A stretch of DNA of 64,000 nt. Origin: Eledone cirrhosa. Lineage: Eukaryota. The notes under the pieces were generated by a model. It saw only the letters and a program-made list of their open reading frames with translations, searched no databases and was not told the DNA's origin. The stretch spans positions 26,350,001 through 26,414,000 of the forward strand of contig OZ024763.1 of assembly GCA_964016885.1 (NCBI GenBank), written 5' to 3'. This document shows, piece by piece, positions 13,507 to 27,614 of this stretch. Each line of letters begins with the position of its first letter. Positions within the stretch are counted from its first letter, which is position 1. Both the position numbers and the translations under genes were made by a program.

Positions 13507-16500
13507 CTGCTTGAGTTGGAGCATGTAAAGCTGCCACTAGTGACCCTGTCATATTCCGATTGTGTGGTAGACCTCCCTGAGGAGAGGACAACACACTTCG
13601 GATTAACTCAGCGCTTCTGCTGCGACTTCGAGACTGACGAGAGCGGTTAGTGGGGGCATCGATCATTATGGTCTTGTTAGCTAACGCGGGCACTACAGCA
13701 GGTGCTTGTTGCTCCATCAACACGGGCTTGTTAGTTAACGTGGACCCTCCAGATACTGGCTGCTCCACACACTGGATCACATTCGTTGTAGTAATGGTTG
13801 TCACTTCATTCTCATGGTCAAGTTGCACCTTTCTCTGCACTGTAGAGTCAATAACACTTTCAACACTGTTGTTGTTGTTGTTGTTGTTGCTGTTGTTGTG
13901 TTGGTGGTGGTGGTGATGGCTGTTTGGTGGTTCGCTCGACACAGCAACCTCACTCGGCACTACCGCTGCTACCGGCAGTGTAATTTTACCGACTGCTGCA
14001 CAAGTTGTTGCTGCTGTTGTTGTTGTTGTTGTTGTTGTTAGTGGTGGTGGTGCCGTAGTAATAGTCACTGTTAAAGGCTTCGCAGCTGCCGACATTGTTG
14101 AGGTATCAGACGCCAGATGCATCCTCGAGTTGGAAGCTGCAGTAGAAGTTGTCGGTGGCTCCGCTAAGGGTTGCTCACTCAAGCTTTCAATCGCCTCGCT
14201 TAGAGTCGGAGTTATAACCTCTAGCTTCAACTCGGGACCCTCTGGTGGTGTCGGTGTTGGCGGTGTAAAAGTGGTGTTCAACTCGAGAGGCGCCAGCTTG
14301 GAACAGACAACTTCTGGTAATGTTGTTGACGGTGTTGCCGTCGGTGGCGGTGTTGGTGTTGTTGATGTCGTCGTCGTCGACGACGTTGTTGTTGTTAAAG
14401 TAGTCGGAACTGCTGGAGTCATGTTGGTGACAGAAACAGCTGGGACAACGGTAACAGCTGATACCTTCTTCTTACGTCCTTTACCACGCCGTGTAACGAT
14501 AATTGACTCAGCTGCTTGAGGAGGACAGACTGGTGAACTAGTTATTTTCTTATTTTCTGTTAGATCTTCATCCTGATTAGCAGACAGTGCAAGGACATCA
14601 TTTTCTATGGGATCTGCTCTAAGGGTCACCTTCAGGGAAGGTTTTTCTTCTTTCACGCTCTTAGATACAGTATCCAGGCTCTTGATTTCATCCTTTTTCG
14701 CTGACCGAGTAACCAGAGGCAGTTTTTCCAGCTTCACAACAGGTGAGCCTACTTCTGTTGTTTTGGGAGAGGATGATGCTACAACTGCAGCAGCCTGCGC
14801 CTGAGCTTGTTGTCGTGTCGCTTTGGGAGATCTCGTTTTCGGGGACGCTATACGGGTACGCGGGGAAGTGGTTCTCGGCAACATGCCGGAGTCCATAGCT
14901 TTGTAGTTCGGCTTCCTTCCTCTGCGTGAACGTTGGTACTCCACCTGATTCTCTAGCTTACTACTTTCATCAATGTCTAAAGATGGCATCACAGTGCTCT
15001 TCTGAGCATCAACAACAGAAGACTTTTGGTGAGTGGAGACGCACGTCTCCAACACTGAATTGTCCACTTTCAATGAGTGGTGGTCATCTTTAACATGGCG
15101 TTCAGGTCGTGGAACGCTACGTACCGTTTCCAGCTTGGGTGTATCGATTTCTTCATCATCATCTTCGTCAAAGTCGAACACATCTTTCGCCTTCTGATAT
15201 GGCTTTTCAGCTGTGTCTTCGACAGTGGAAACATTGTCAGTAGACTCCTCTGTGGGGGGCCCTCGCCGAAGAGTGAAGCCACGCGTTCTGCCACGCCGAT
15301 TTGTCTCCTTCTGAAAACGGATAGGTGGTATTTCAACTTTCTTCTCTTTCACTGCTTTATCTTCAACTAAAGGCAACTTGAGAGGAGGTTGCAATGCTGT
15401 TGTTGTTGTTGTTGTTGTTGTGGGTGGTAGTGGTGGTGGTGGTGGTGGTGCAACCAGTGGTTCAATAGCCAGGTTGTCTAAAAGCTGATCTTCCTCAACA
15501 GGAGCTACTGAGCTTTGTTTCTCTTCTTCAAACTTCGATGCCCGAGTACGTCGACTACTCGCCGAGGTGGAAGTGACATTGACGTTGGCTGTAACAGTCC
15601 CGGACGAAATGCTGGTTTTACCACGGTTACGTTTAGGGTACTCACGTACTGGAGTCAATGTTATAGACTTCTTGCTCTCCAATTCCGGTACGGATGGCTT
15701 CATTTCTGGCTCTTCCTTCTGCGGAGAAACTTCTTTCAGTGGTGCACTGCTACCGACAGGCTCCGGCATTTGGCCAATGTCATCTGGAAACTCTGCCTTT
15801 ATCAGATTGGCAACGGCCAGTGCTGTTATATCTGTCGATATGTCTTCACCACTGCTCTCACATTTAACGGTTGCCTGATCTGAACTTGGTTGGGCAGGTA
15901 TTGCACAGGTAGCAGTCCAAACAGACTTCATCTCCTCACCTGATTTATCGACATCGGCAACGACAGCAGCTGCAGCAGCAGCAGCGGCTGCTGCTTGCTT
16001 TCTGCTGTTTCTTCGTTGGCGACGTTTACGGCCTTTCGGTTTCTCCTCTTCCAACTTCAACGGCTTCTCAATCGTTTCCACTTTGTACTGCTCCTCCCGA
16101 TCCTGGTCACCAGCAATCTTCTCCTTCTTTAAAACAATTGACAAAGAAGTCGGCTCTTCTTTAACACTTTCGACAACATCTTCAACTTCTTCCTCGTCTT
16201 TCTCTTGCGAGGACAACTCAGATTCCACCCGAATCTCCTTCTCACGTAAGATTCCTTCTATGGTGGCATCTTCGTCGATTTCCTCCTTCATGTTGAGGGA
16301 ATATTTAGCAATTGCATTTTTAGAGTCGAGAGATGAGGTAGAACATTCTAATTTAGAATTGTCGATGAAAGATTTATCTTTGGTTATTAATTCCTGTTCA
16401 CTTTTGATATTGCTTTCAACAAGATGCTGATTCATGAGTTTCAGTTCTGTAATTCGTGGGTATAGAGTAGGTTTTACATCTTCCAGTTCGTCCTCAAACT

Positions 16501-19500
16501 GGTAACAATCAAACAAGCCGCTTTTAAAGGATTGGCTTTTAATATCTACATATTGCAAGGACCCGAGTACTTCTGGCGAACGCGAGCAAGTGTCTCGGAT
16601 TAATGACCGACAAAAGATTCCGTCTTTCTTCTTATCAGGATCGCGACGGGACACACGACATTTCCTCTCTTTCTTCTCCCTGTGTCGACCTTTCCGTCCC
16701 GATCTCCGCTGTGAAATGGGTTCTTCGTATTCCAGCCCAATATCAGTAGGGATGTTGGTACTTCCAGATTCATTCCACACCCGGACAGGATCCTTCAGGT
16801 TTTCTTGATTGCTAATAACTGTAGAAGCCCCAGACTCAATAAATTCGCTGCAGTTAACAGGACTGTTTTCTAGCTTTGTTTCAATATTTTCCTTGGATTT
16901 TTCACAGGTTTCTTTCTCATTTTTGGAATCAATTGCAATGTTGGTTTTAACATGGCTATGGTCTAATGTTTCTTTGGTTTTTAATGCCTTAACATCAATA
17001 TGTAAAAATGAAGCTGGGTCAGTGTCCTGGTCACTAACATTTTCTTCCACATGTTTCTCAGGTACACACTCAAATTGTTTCTCTTCTGGCACATTATTTG
17101 GAACCTCGTTAACTGGACTAATTTTATTAGAGAGTGGGGAATCAAAGTCTTCCAAAACTTGATAATTGATCTGAGGGTCAAGAATTGTTTCCTGACTGTC
17201 TTCATCTTTGGCTTCAATCTCACAGCTGGTCAAGGGATTGGTTGTAACAGCAATTTCAACTACTTGGTTACTATCGTCTTTCAGATCAAACCCTGTCTTC
17301 GTTTCTTCGTCATCTGCTTTCAAACTTTCGCAGTCATCTAAATCATCGATTGTTAACATGTTTTCCGCAGTCGTTTCCTCTTCTGCATCATTCTCGTCAT
17401 CCACATCGTCTTCGTCGATCCTGAGTGCACCCTCATCGCTGCTAGCACAGTCATCAGATAACTTACCAGACAATAAATCTTTGCTTGAGTCCAGTTTGCC
17501 GAAACCAACAACAGATTCCATTTGTTTGCAGACAGAGCTGTGGTGATTAGTCATTTCTATAAACGAACTAATTAGTTTCGGTTTGTTAGTTAATGGTTCT
17601 GATTTAGGGCTGGCCTTTGGAGCAATTATTTCATCGGTATTTTCCAGTTTTGCACTATCTTTCTCCTTGGCCTCTGTTAATGGAGAATTGAGATCTACGA
17701 CAGTTTCATTGTCGGAAATGGAGTCAATATTTAATTTGCTGCTCAACACAGACGAGACTGGAAGTTCAATCTTATCGATTACTTTATCATCTTTATCTAC
17801 AGAATTATCATCGTAGCCACAGATATCACTGGTATCAATAACCAATTTATTTTCCTGTTCGTCGACATCTCCATAGCTGCCGTCTTTTATATCATTCAAA
17901 TCCTCAGCCAGATTGTCGGTTTCTGTCGAAGAACTTGCAGCTGAATTCACATCAACATCTTCTGACCAAGAAAAGGCCACGTTTTTGCTTTTGTTTCGTC
18001 GTTTTCCCTGACAGGGCTTTACGTTGGTACAGGTTGTGCAACATTTCGGAGGTTTTGCAGGATATGTATCGATTGTTTCAAAGTAAAATTTTGTTTTCGT
18101 ACAACCGAGCCACTCTTGGAAGCGAGATATTTTCTCGGTAGTTTTCCCCGTTCCATCAAAATCCGACGTAACTTCCTCGCAACTTTTATCTTCATTACAT
18201 TCGTTCACTTTTTGGTGATCGCAATGTACTTTCTGATGATCGCAATGTACTTTCTGATGATCGATGTGTACTTTCTGGTGATCGATGTGTACTTTCTGGT
18301 GGTCGGAGTGCACTTTCTGGTGGTCGGGGTGCACTTTCTGGTGGTCGGGGTGCACTTTCTGGTGGTCGGAGTGCACTTTCTGGTGGTCGGAGTGCACTTT
18401 CTGGTGGTCGGAGTGAACTTTCTGGTGGTCCGAGTGAACTTTCTGATGGTCAGAGTGAACTTTCTGGTGGTCAGAGTGAACTTTCTGATGGTCAGAGTGG
18501 ACTTTCTGGTGGTCAGAATGTCCTTTCTGGTGATCATGCAGAACCTTTTGGTGTTCAGACTGAACCTTCTGGTGGTCATGCTGGACTTTCTGGTGGTCAG
18601 AGTGAACTTTCTGGTGGTCAGAATGTCCTTTCTGGTGATCATGCTGAAATTTCTGATGATCATGCAGAACCTTTTGGTGTTCGGGCTGGACTTTCTGTTG
18701 GTCAGGGTGAACTTTCTGGTGGTCAGATTTTCTGGAATCATAAAATTCTTCAAAATTTAATTTATCTTGCTCGTCAAAATCATAAACATCTCCGTCAGTC
18801 TTTTCAACAGCTTGCTGTTGTTGTTGCTGTTGTGGTGGTTGTGGTTGTGGTTGTGGTTGTGGTGGTGGTGGTGGTGGTTGTGGTTGTGATTGTTGTTGTG
18901 GGTAATGCTGTTGCTGTTGTTGTTGTTGTTGCTGGTAGTGGTTATGTTGATGTTGCTGCTGCTGTTGTTGTTGTTGCTGTTTACTCTGTTGAAAATGCTT
19001 AAAATATTGCTGCCGCTGCTGCTGCTGTTGATACTGATGCTGCTCCTCCTCTTCCTCCTCCTCCTCCTCTACCCCCTCCTCCTCCTCCTCTTCCTCATCC
19101 TCATCATTATCATTATCATCATTATCATCACCGTCACCTTGCTGCTTATGTAGCATCAGTTGTTCTTGTATCTGTTGATGCTTCTGTTCATGCTGCTGTT
19201 GTTGTTGTTGTTTTTCCTGTTGGTGTTTCTGTTGTTTTTCATCAGCTTGTTTTTCTTGCTGTTGCTGCTGCTGTTGTTGTTGTTGTTTATCTTCTTGTAA
19301 CAGCGGTTGCTGCTGTTGTTGTTGTTCTTCTTCTTCTTCTTCTTCTTCTTCATCTTCATCTTCATCTTCTTCTTGCGGTTCCACAGAATGAGACTTGGAA
19401 ATGTCATCTTCATAAGGTTTCTCTTCTGGGATGTTCATATCAAAACTTGGAATTTTCTTGCCAATTTTATTAAACAGCGATGCTTCCAGTCCATAGAACT

Positions 19501-22500
19501 TCTGTTCAATTTTCTCGCAGATCTTTTTGTTCATGTCGGAGTTGTTCAACAGTTTCTCGCTTTTGTGGGGAGAATGCAAGCTGTAAACTTTTTTCGAGCG
19601 TTCAATGAAGTTGAACTTCGTTTTCACCTTACACTCTCCCTTCTCGATGAAAAGCTTTGTTGACTTCTCCGGCGGGCAGAGTATGTCGTAGACATCGTCA
19701 GATGCATCGTCAAAGTCATAGATGTGGTGGTCCAGGTTGCGGTTCATGTCTGTGTGTCCCACTGTCTTGTCAATGGGGCTAGACATACGCGCAGAGATTT
19801 TGTCGCATAGCTCGCTGTCAGGTGCTTTGTTCTCCTCACCCTCATCCACGACATTTTTCGGACCACTGCCACCGTTGTCTTCATTCAAGTCTAAATTATA
19901 GATCATTGCGTTTCCTCCTTTCTTTAGGTTGTCACACGGAGCCGACAGTTTGTCAACTGTAGATGCCTTGTTCTCTTTATCGGCCACAGATTTCTCTTCC
20001 TTGATTTCTTCTTTAGTTTCGCTCCTTAGCTCCAGGTTCTTGCTCTTGTCCAGTTCTTGTACAATCTCGGGTGACTCCATTGACACAACGGAACTACAGT
20101 CGTCTTTCAGTAAGAAATAGGGATTTTCAATTTTGAAGTTTTTCATCAATTGTTTTCTAACTTTAATTTCTAGCCAGTCAGGTTTTATTTTATCAGAATT
20201 ACAGTCAGTATTAGGTCTCTTTGCGTCGACAAACACATCAGATACGTTCTCATCCAGTTCTTTGACACTGTAAGGACTGTCAATATCTTTGCTGTCTGAA
20301 TGAGCAGGACTTTCAATTTGGACACCTTTCACTTTGAGGGCACCTAAATCAGTTTGTTCTTCTTGTTCACCATTTGGTTGCTCCGCCTCTTCGTTTAGTC
20401 CCAAGGGGAACAAGAGAAACTCAGGAGCCTTTTCACAAACGTTCTTGGAAAGAAAATCAGAAGCGGTTTTCTTAACTTTCTCTGTCTCGTGAATTTTCTC
20501 AAACTTCTTGATTTGTTCAGAATCCTGAATTTTCTCAGTGATGTTTTCAGATTTCTCAAAATCATAAACGTCTTCTACAACAAGGTCAGCTCTCTCGCTG
20601 TCTCCTCTCTCCTCCTCTATCCCTTCCTCTTCTTCTTCTTCTTCTTCCTCTTCCTCCTCTTCTTCCTCACCGACCGTTGCTTCCAATTTAACGGATTCTT
20701 CTTCTTTTGTTTCTTCTTCACCAATCTCACTTTTCACGTCGGTCTCCAGTGATTCCGTGTCGCTTTGCTTCACTTCTTTCTCGCTGTCTTCAACCAGGTT
20801 GTTATTGTTGTTGATGTTAGTGGTGGTGGTCATGTTGGTCATGGTAGCTTCCTTGATGTCTTCACACGAAGACGTTCTCTTTATCTTGTGTTTGATCTCG
20901 GGGTCCATATCAATGCCCACTTGATCGTTGATAGGCAGAGGAGATGGTTCCATCTTCACCATATCTTCCTCTACTTTAGGACTCACTAAAACCTCAAAGT
21001 CCTTCACTGACATAGATTTCACGTCAGCTGGTTCCTCTTTAGGCTCCTGTTCGCTAGCAAATATATCGTCCTCATCATCTTCCACAAGCGGCATCTTCAA
21101 GACGTTCTTTTTGGAACTTTTCTTTGATTTAGTTTCGTGCTTTTTCTTTTCTTTCTTCTTTTTCTTCTTGCTTTTGGTTGGCTTATTCAATACATCTGGT
21201 GGTTCCTCTTCTGTATCAGCATGATGGCTTTCTTCTAGGTCTTTAGTCACTTCTTCCGCCGGATTAACCCCCAAAAAAAGGCAATCTTCGGTCTTAAGAG
21301 AGAAACCTTCTTTGCTCGATTTTCTCTTCACAAATAGTTTCACCTCTTCTTCCTCGGTAACCACAGTGACGTCAGCTTCGTTGTCGGAAACTGAACAAGT
21401 GATGCCAGAGGTAGTGGATGTTGTCATGGTAGTCCCCACCATAGAAGGGCTCACAGCAGTGCTAGTTGTCGTAATGGTAGTTGTTGTCATGGTCGTTGTG
21501 AAAGTCGTTTGTTCAACCTCAGTTTTAACACATTCACGTCCACTTGGGTAGCCTTCCTCAGACTTTACGTGGAAGTAGTCGTCACCCATGTACGGAATTC
21601 TGGTCGCTTCACTTGTAAGTGGGTTCATAGAGTTTTCAGCAAGGCTACCATCAAATGTCGCTAGAGACTTTAACACAGCAGCTTTCTCCTCCTTGCTTAC
21701 TTTATTGTCTGTTGATCTTTTCGATTTCTTTTTCTTCTTCTCGGATTTCTTCTTTTTCTCCTTGCCAGAAGACTTCTTTCGGCTTGTCTTCTCACTTTTC
21801 TCAACCGGAGCTTCATCTTGGCTGTCTTTCCTAGCGTCGCCAGAACTACTCCGCTGTTCTTGCAATATCAACAACGAGCTGCTTAGTCTTTCTTTTGATA
21901 ACTTTGACGGAATCTCTTTGTAGTCTTTCTCATCTGGATCACTGTCGGACGATACATCAAGGACAGTTTTGGGTTTTTTGTGCAGAGGTCGAGTCTTAGG
22001 AGATGGTTTCTTCGACTCACGTTTACTCGGCATTGGCACAAATGTAGGTGGTTCTTCTTCCGACGAAGAACTTTCAATCACATTGCGTTTCTTTTTCTTG
22101 CTGGATGTTTCATCTTTCTCTTCGATTAGAGTTTCTTTTTTAGAAGCCACAAAAGACGTACTGGTACTGCTTTCATCATCAGTGTTCTGTACGCTGCTCT
22201 CAGTCTCGTCGCTGCGGCTTGGCTTGCTGCCCCGTTTCTTGCGTGTATTCTTCAGTTGACTCAATTTCTTCCTCATGTCTTCCATTTCTTTGTCCTTGTT
22301 GCTGCAGGATCTCCGCTTCACCTTGTCGTACATAGACACGTACGGGCCATAGGCATCGAGGTAGAACTCGCTTTTCTTTTCGTCCCCAGATTTTTCTTTT
22401 TCAGACTTCTCCTTGTCCGACTTTTCAGTTTTCTCCATGCTTTCGGACTTATCGGATTTCTCGGTCTTTTCCGACCGATCTGATTTATCCGACCTGTCTT

Positions 22501-25500
22501 TCTCCGATCTCTCCGGTTTCTCTTTATCTGATTTATCCGGTTTATCGGGTTTGTCCTTGTCAGGTTTTTCCTGTTTGTCTTTATCGGGTTTACCCTTGTC
22601 AGGTTTTTCCTTCTCGGGTTTGTCTTTATCAGTTTTATCTTTATCGGATTTCTCTTTCTCGGATTTTTCCTTTTCAGATTTTTCTACTTTCTCGGACTTT
22701 TCCTTATCAGATTTATCCTTGTCAGACTTATCGCTTTTCTCTCGTTCTACTTTCTCTTTCTCAACTTTCTCACATTTCTCAGACTTTTCACTTTTAGACT
22801 CTTTCTCGGTCTTCTCCATGCGTTCAGTCTTTTCTTTCTCCTGTTTCTCAGACTTTTCACACTTTTCCTTGTCGCTCTTCTTCCTGTCAGAGCTCGGTCT
22901 CGTGCTGCTGTCCTTGCGACTGCGTTCCGAGGCACTCCGACTGCTCTTGTCCGATTTGTGGTGTGTCTTACAAGATTTGCTTGAATCCGCTTCCGATTTA
23001 GTTTGGTCATGTTTATGGTGGGATTTACTGCTCGACTTGGGCGTAGGTTCACTGTCAACTTTCTCACTGTCGTGTTTATGGTGGGACTTACTTGGCTTCG
23101 TACTCTCACTTTCACTCTTATCGTGTTCCCCTTTGCTGGACTTACTTTTGCCAGAGTCTCCATCTTGTTTCTCCTGAGAGTCGACAGATTTGTGATGGGA
23201 TTTCGTTAACAGCTTGCCACCTTCGTTCTCAGATTTATCCCCGTCAGATTTGTGATGAGATTTTGTCATCTTAGAAAGATCAGCTTCAGATTTATCGGAG
23301 TCAGTCTTATGGTGATATTTATTGGGTTTCGACTGACCCTCACTGTCTTGCTCACCGCGATGCTGGCTCTTGCTGGATTTTGAGGCCTCGCTTTTTACAT
23401 TGTCCCCTCCTTTCTCCTTTTCATCTTTGTCTTCTTCAGATTTCCTGTGGGACTTTAAAGATTTAGACGCGGCATCACTTTCGGTTTTCTCATTTTCGGT
23501 TTTATGGCTCGTTCGTCCATTTTTTGAAATGTCAGTATCGGTTTTGTCCTCGCCTTTACTTTTAGACCGACTCTCGGTCTTTGATTTGGATTTGTCTTTC
23601 TTTTCTTTCACCTCCCCATCACCTTTGCTGTCTTTACAACGGTCTTTGTCTACTTTACCCTCGATGCTCTTCGAACGATTCTTCTCCCTTTTCTCCGTCT
23701 TCTCATGTTTCTTATCGGCGTGTGTAGTCTTCGTCTTGGTCTTCTCCTCGACTTCACTGCCTCCGCAATCCTTGTTATTCGACTTACACTTTTCAGAAGT
23801 CCGTTCACACTCCTTCTCAGCTTTTACACTTTTTGACTCCTTTTTCTGCGAAGTTGACTCTGTGGATTTCTTCTCCTCCTTTTTCTCACCTTCGTTTGTT
23901 TCTTTCTTCTCCGTCTTCTCTCGACTAGGTAACTTAGCGAGCTTCTTTTCAGGTGATTTACTGGGTTTGCTTAAAGAACTCGATGACAACTTCTTGTCGC
24001 TGTCTTTGTCGTCTTTCACTTTGTTAGAATCACTGTGTTTTGCCTTCTTCCTGTGCTGCACTGGAGTGGTCACAGGCTGCACTTGGGCCACGAGTGGTTG
24101 AGGTTGAGTCGGAGTTGGTGTTGGAGTCAGTGTTGGTGTCGGAGTTTGACTTTCCTCCTTGATGTGTTGTTTCTCGATACTTTCACTTCTCACAACTTCT
24201 GGTAGTTTTGAGGGAGGACAGGTTTTTGGTTCGGTTTTCATCAACTTATTCCTGACAGGATCGAAATCATCGGACGATTTCCTTTTGCCTAAACAGGAAG
24301 CAGAGGATGTGGACGGTATAGAAACAGGGCTAGGGAGAACATCCCTTTTTTCTTTAGCATCGAATTCACTGGTTTCTTCCAACTTGAGATCTTTCTTTGG
24401 TGGTATCCAGTCAGCACTCTCCTTCTTGGTTTCAATCCCTAAAGGGCCTGTAGCCTCCTTCTTGACCACAGCATCAGGGATGTGGTAAGGTGGACTGAGC
24501 ACAGGGCTCGTACAGCTGACCAGAGGGCTTTCTATGCTGGGTTTCACATAAAGGGAGCTGAATTCAACTGGGGATGAGGTGGATGTTGAAGGTAACACTT
24601 GAGAAGGATCCTCATATTTGACAGCCAAATCAGTTGTGCTGCTGGAGCCGGAAGTAACCAAGTTCTTCTTCATTGGGAGAGGAAACGCATCAGCTAGCGA
24701 TTTGGTAGGGGAGCTGTTAGCAACCGCAGAATTTGACCAGAACTGGGGGGTACTGATGGAGGTGGTGGCGGTGGTGGTCGAAGAGGAGGTGTTGGTGTTT
24801 GTGGTGGTGGTGGTGGTGGTGGAGGTGGTGGTGGCGGTGGTGGTAGTAGTGGCGGTGGCACCTATCACAGGATGTTGGGAATAAACACCAGGAATGAAAT
24901 GTTGGTAGGTGGAGGAGAGGTTCAATGTAGGTACAAAGGGACTGTAAAGGGGGCTGAAATTCTGGGGCATGGTTGGGGGCATTTCTTTGGCAGCTGCTTT
25001 CGTACGGATGTTCATCTTGGGAGGCGAATCTTCCATGTTGATGGTGATCTCCTTCGGTTCGTATTTCTCGTTTATCTGTTCCAAGCGTTTAGAATCTTGG
25101 TCAAATATACTGGACCGCGACAGTAAAGACTTGACAATGTCAGATGGTTCGCTGCGTAAATTGGAAGATAAAACACCGGATCCAGTCAAAGAAGATTCCT
25201 TTTTTTTTATCTTATACTTGCCGTACAATCCAGGAGTTGATGTGTCTACTGGCCGTGGAACTGGCGCCATATTTAGCTTTTTGTCTAACTGGCGGATTTT
25301 CTCGTCCAAAGAAGAACAGCTGAGTTCACTCAAGCTGTCAGATAAATTATCTTCAGCGTCTGGGTTCGGTACCATGGACTTAGAGCCACTCGAACTAGCA
25401 GCTAGGTCCTTGCTCAGCTGGTCCTCTTCTTTTTGGTCCTGCAGGGCAGCTAAACCTGACTCGGGTAAATTTGAATTAGCTGTATCGTGAGAAATGTCAG

Positions 25501-27539
25501 ACAGTGAACCAGCAGGAGACATGACAGGGGATTGGGATTTGCTACTGCTCTGGGGTGAAAAACAAGGTGACCGAACTTTAGGTCCAGCAGGCATTGGTGG
25601 CGGTGAAGGACATAGTTGTGGAGACTCCATAGGAGAAGCATTATGCTTCAATGCAAACCGAGGCAATGGTAAAGAAAGAGGTTCCTCTTTCTTTATTTCA
25701 TGCCGAGGGTCTTGAATGATCTCATCAACTGACATCTCCTTCTTGATAATTTTCGTGCCAGACTCAGAACTCTCCTTCGGAGTTATCATGTGGACCATTT
25801 TATATTCCCTTGATTCCTTGTGAGTGGATTCCGTAGAATCTCGATTGTGTTCCGAGTGCCTGGATTGTTCTTTAAACCGACCGATTACAGTCGACAGTTC
25901 GTCTTTGCCCTCCCTACTTGACCGCCGCACTGTATTGTCGTCGACTTCCATAGCCTTGTGGTCTTTCTCATCGTCACTGCTGAGCACACCACTTCGTTTC
26001 ATTCGGTAGAATCTACCACTACGTACACCAGATATTACATCTTCCCCTTCTAGTTTCTTTTTACGTTTAGGTTTAAACGCCGTCAAAATGACAGTCGGTG
26101 AGGTGATCGTCAGCTCCTCCTCTCCTTCACTGTCCATTCCATCAAGCATCACAACTTTCTCAGCAACCTTTTTCGGTTTTGAAATCGATTCTCCTTGGGT
26201 TTGTTCCAGTAGCCTCCGAGCTTCCATCTGCTTGCGGAAACTCTGAGACGGTTCTAGTTTGCGTTTCTCTTTGCTGTGTAACTCTGCAGCTAGGCCGTGC
26301 CGTAAACTGCCGAGAAGAGTCTCATCCGGTCGAATCTTTCGCGGCACAATACGGCCCCGGCCGTCGTCACGCAGTTCATCGTGCGTTGAGGATTCATTGT
26401 CACTCGTGCTGCCAGCATCCTCAAGTTGCTTCAGTTTCTCAAGCAGCAATCGTTTCTCTCGATGAAGGTGGCCAAGATCAGTCTCGGTGAACGAGCCGTG
26501 ATCTGAGTCATCGTGGGCACTAGAATGACTAGAGCCCGTGTGACTCGGATCCAACAACTTGTGGCGGTTCATTCGACGCTTTTCATGATGTAGTTCTTCC
26601 ACCTTTTTTAGTAGCACCTGGTGTCTATCCTGCATTAGTGATTCTACCAACCGACTTGAAGACGGCTGTTGAGATTTGTGCAGTCGCGACGATAGTATCT
26701 CGTGTTTGCTATCGTCGAATTCTCGACTCTTCTTACGAACTGGTGTTAGCTCAGACCGTAATCGTTCACTCTCCCCTTTCACATAAGACATTGCAGGATT
26801 GGCGAGACACTTGACACTGTACACTTTGTCGTGGTCAACCGCTCGGAGAGATTCAATCTTCTCCTCTGTCCTGCATATCTTTTTAATGTCTCCTGTCCGT
26901 TCAAACTCGTCGAACGGGCTGATTGGTCGAATTTTTGAATAGATGGGAGGCTCTTCCTCCGTGGGTGTTGGTGGCGTCTGTGGTGTCTGGGGGGACTTTG
27001 GTCGAAAAACAGAATCTTTTCTCCTCTCCCGGAGAGGGGTCCGACTTCTACTCCGACTTTCCGTTCGACTCCCACTTTTACTGCGGCTACGGCTTTTACT
27101 TCTCCGCCGCACCGGAGAATGTCTGTAAGAAAAGTCCAAAGTACTGGGGCTGTGGTCCCGGGATGACTGCTTCAACCGATTTTCTGTCCGAGAAGAATAC
27201 TTTATTTTGGATGATGTTGAGTGTCTGTCTGAGATTTCTAAAGAGTGGTGATCAAGCCAGGTGTCGTCATGCCCGGTATCGCTTACTGCGCTATCACTGC
27301 TGTAGTATTCGTACCGGTCTTTACTGAAACTTTCATCGTAACGACTGCCGCGACTTGACTCTTTGTCTAAATTCGAATGTCGGTCTTCCCGATAAGGACT
27401 GTGGTAACGACGAGGCGGAGTAACGTTACTCCGTTCCCTCCTCTCTCTCTGACTGTAACCATATTCTCTCAACTCCTGCTCATAGGAGTCCTCCTCTGTA
27501 AAAGGAGGACCACTTCCTTGGCTGTACTCATCTATGTGC
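13507..27539 (-). CDS. spen: SPEN giant exon, 14,033 nt (about 4,677 codons), disordered region with RS, K/E/D, polyQ/E/T tracts and a His heptad repeat
   Basis: Uninterrupted ORF 13448..27667; acceptor tttctatttctag (27540-27552), donor CAG|GTAAGG at 13506; phases fit both neighbours. Confidence 0.92.
18200..18724 (-). repeat. Coding 21-bp minisatellite encoding 25 x DHQKVHS-like heptads
   Basis: First GAC CAC CAG at 18724, last GAT CAC CAA at 18220, a spacing of 24 x 21 nt. Confidence 0.95.
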
Positions 27540-27614
27540 CTAGAAATAGAAACAATACATGTATTACAACAGAATAACCAGCAAATAAAAAGCAGAATTA
27601 CAACAACAACAGCA

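Noticed and set aside
13650-27577. Many plus-strand ORFs antisense to the giant exon, including 18116..18760
   Set aside because: Shadows of low-complexity, repetitive coding sequence; no independent domain or splice evidence.
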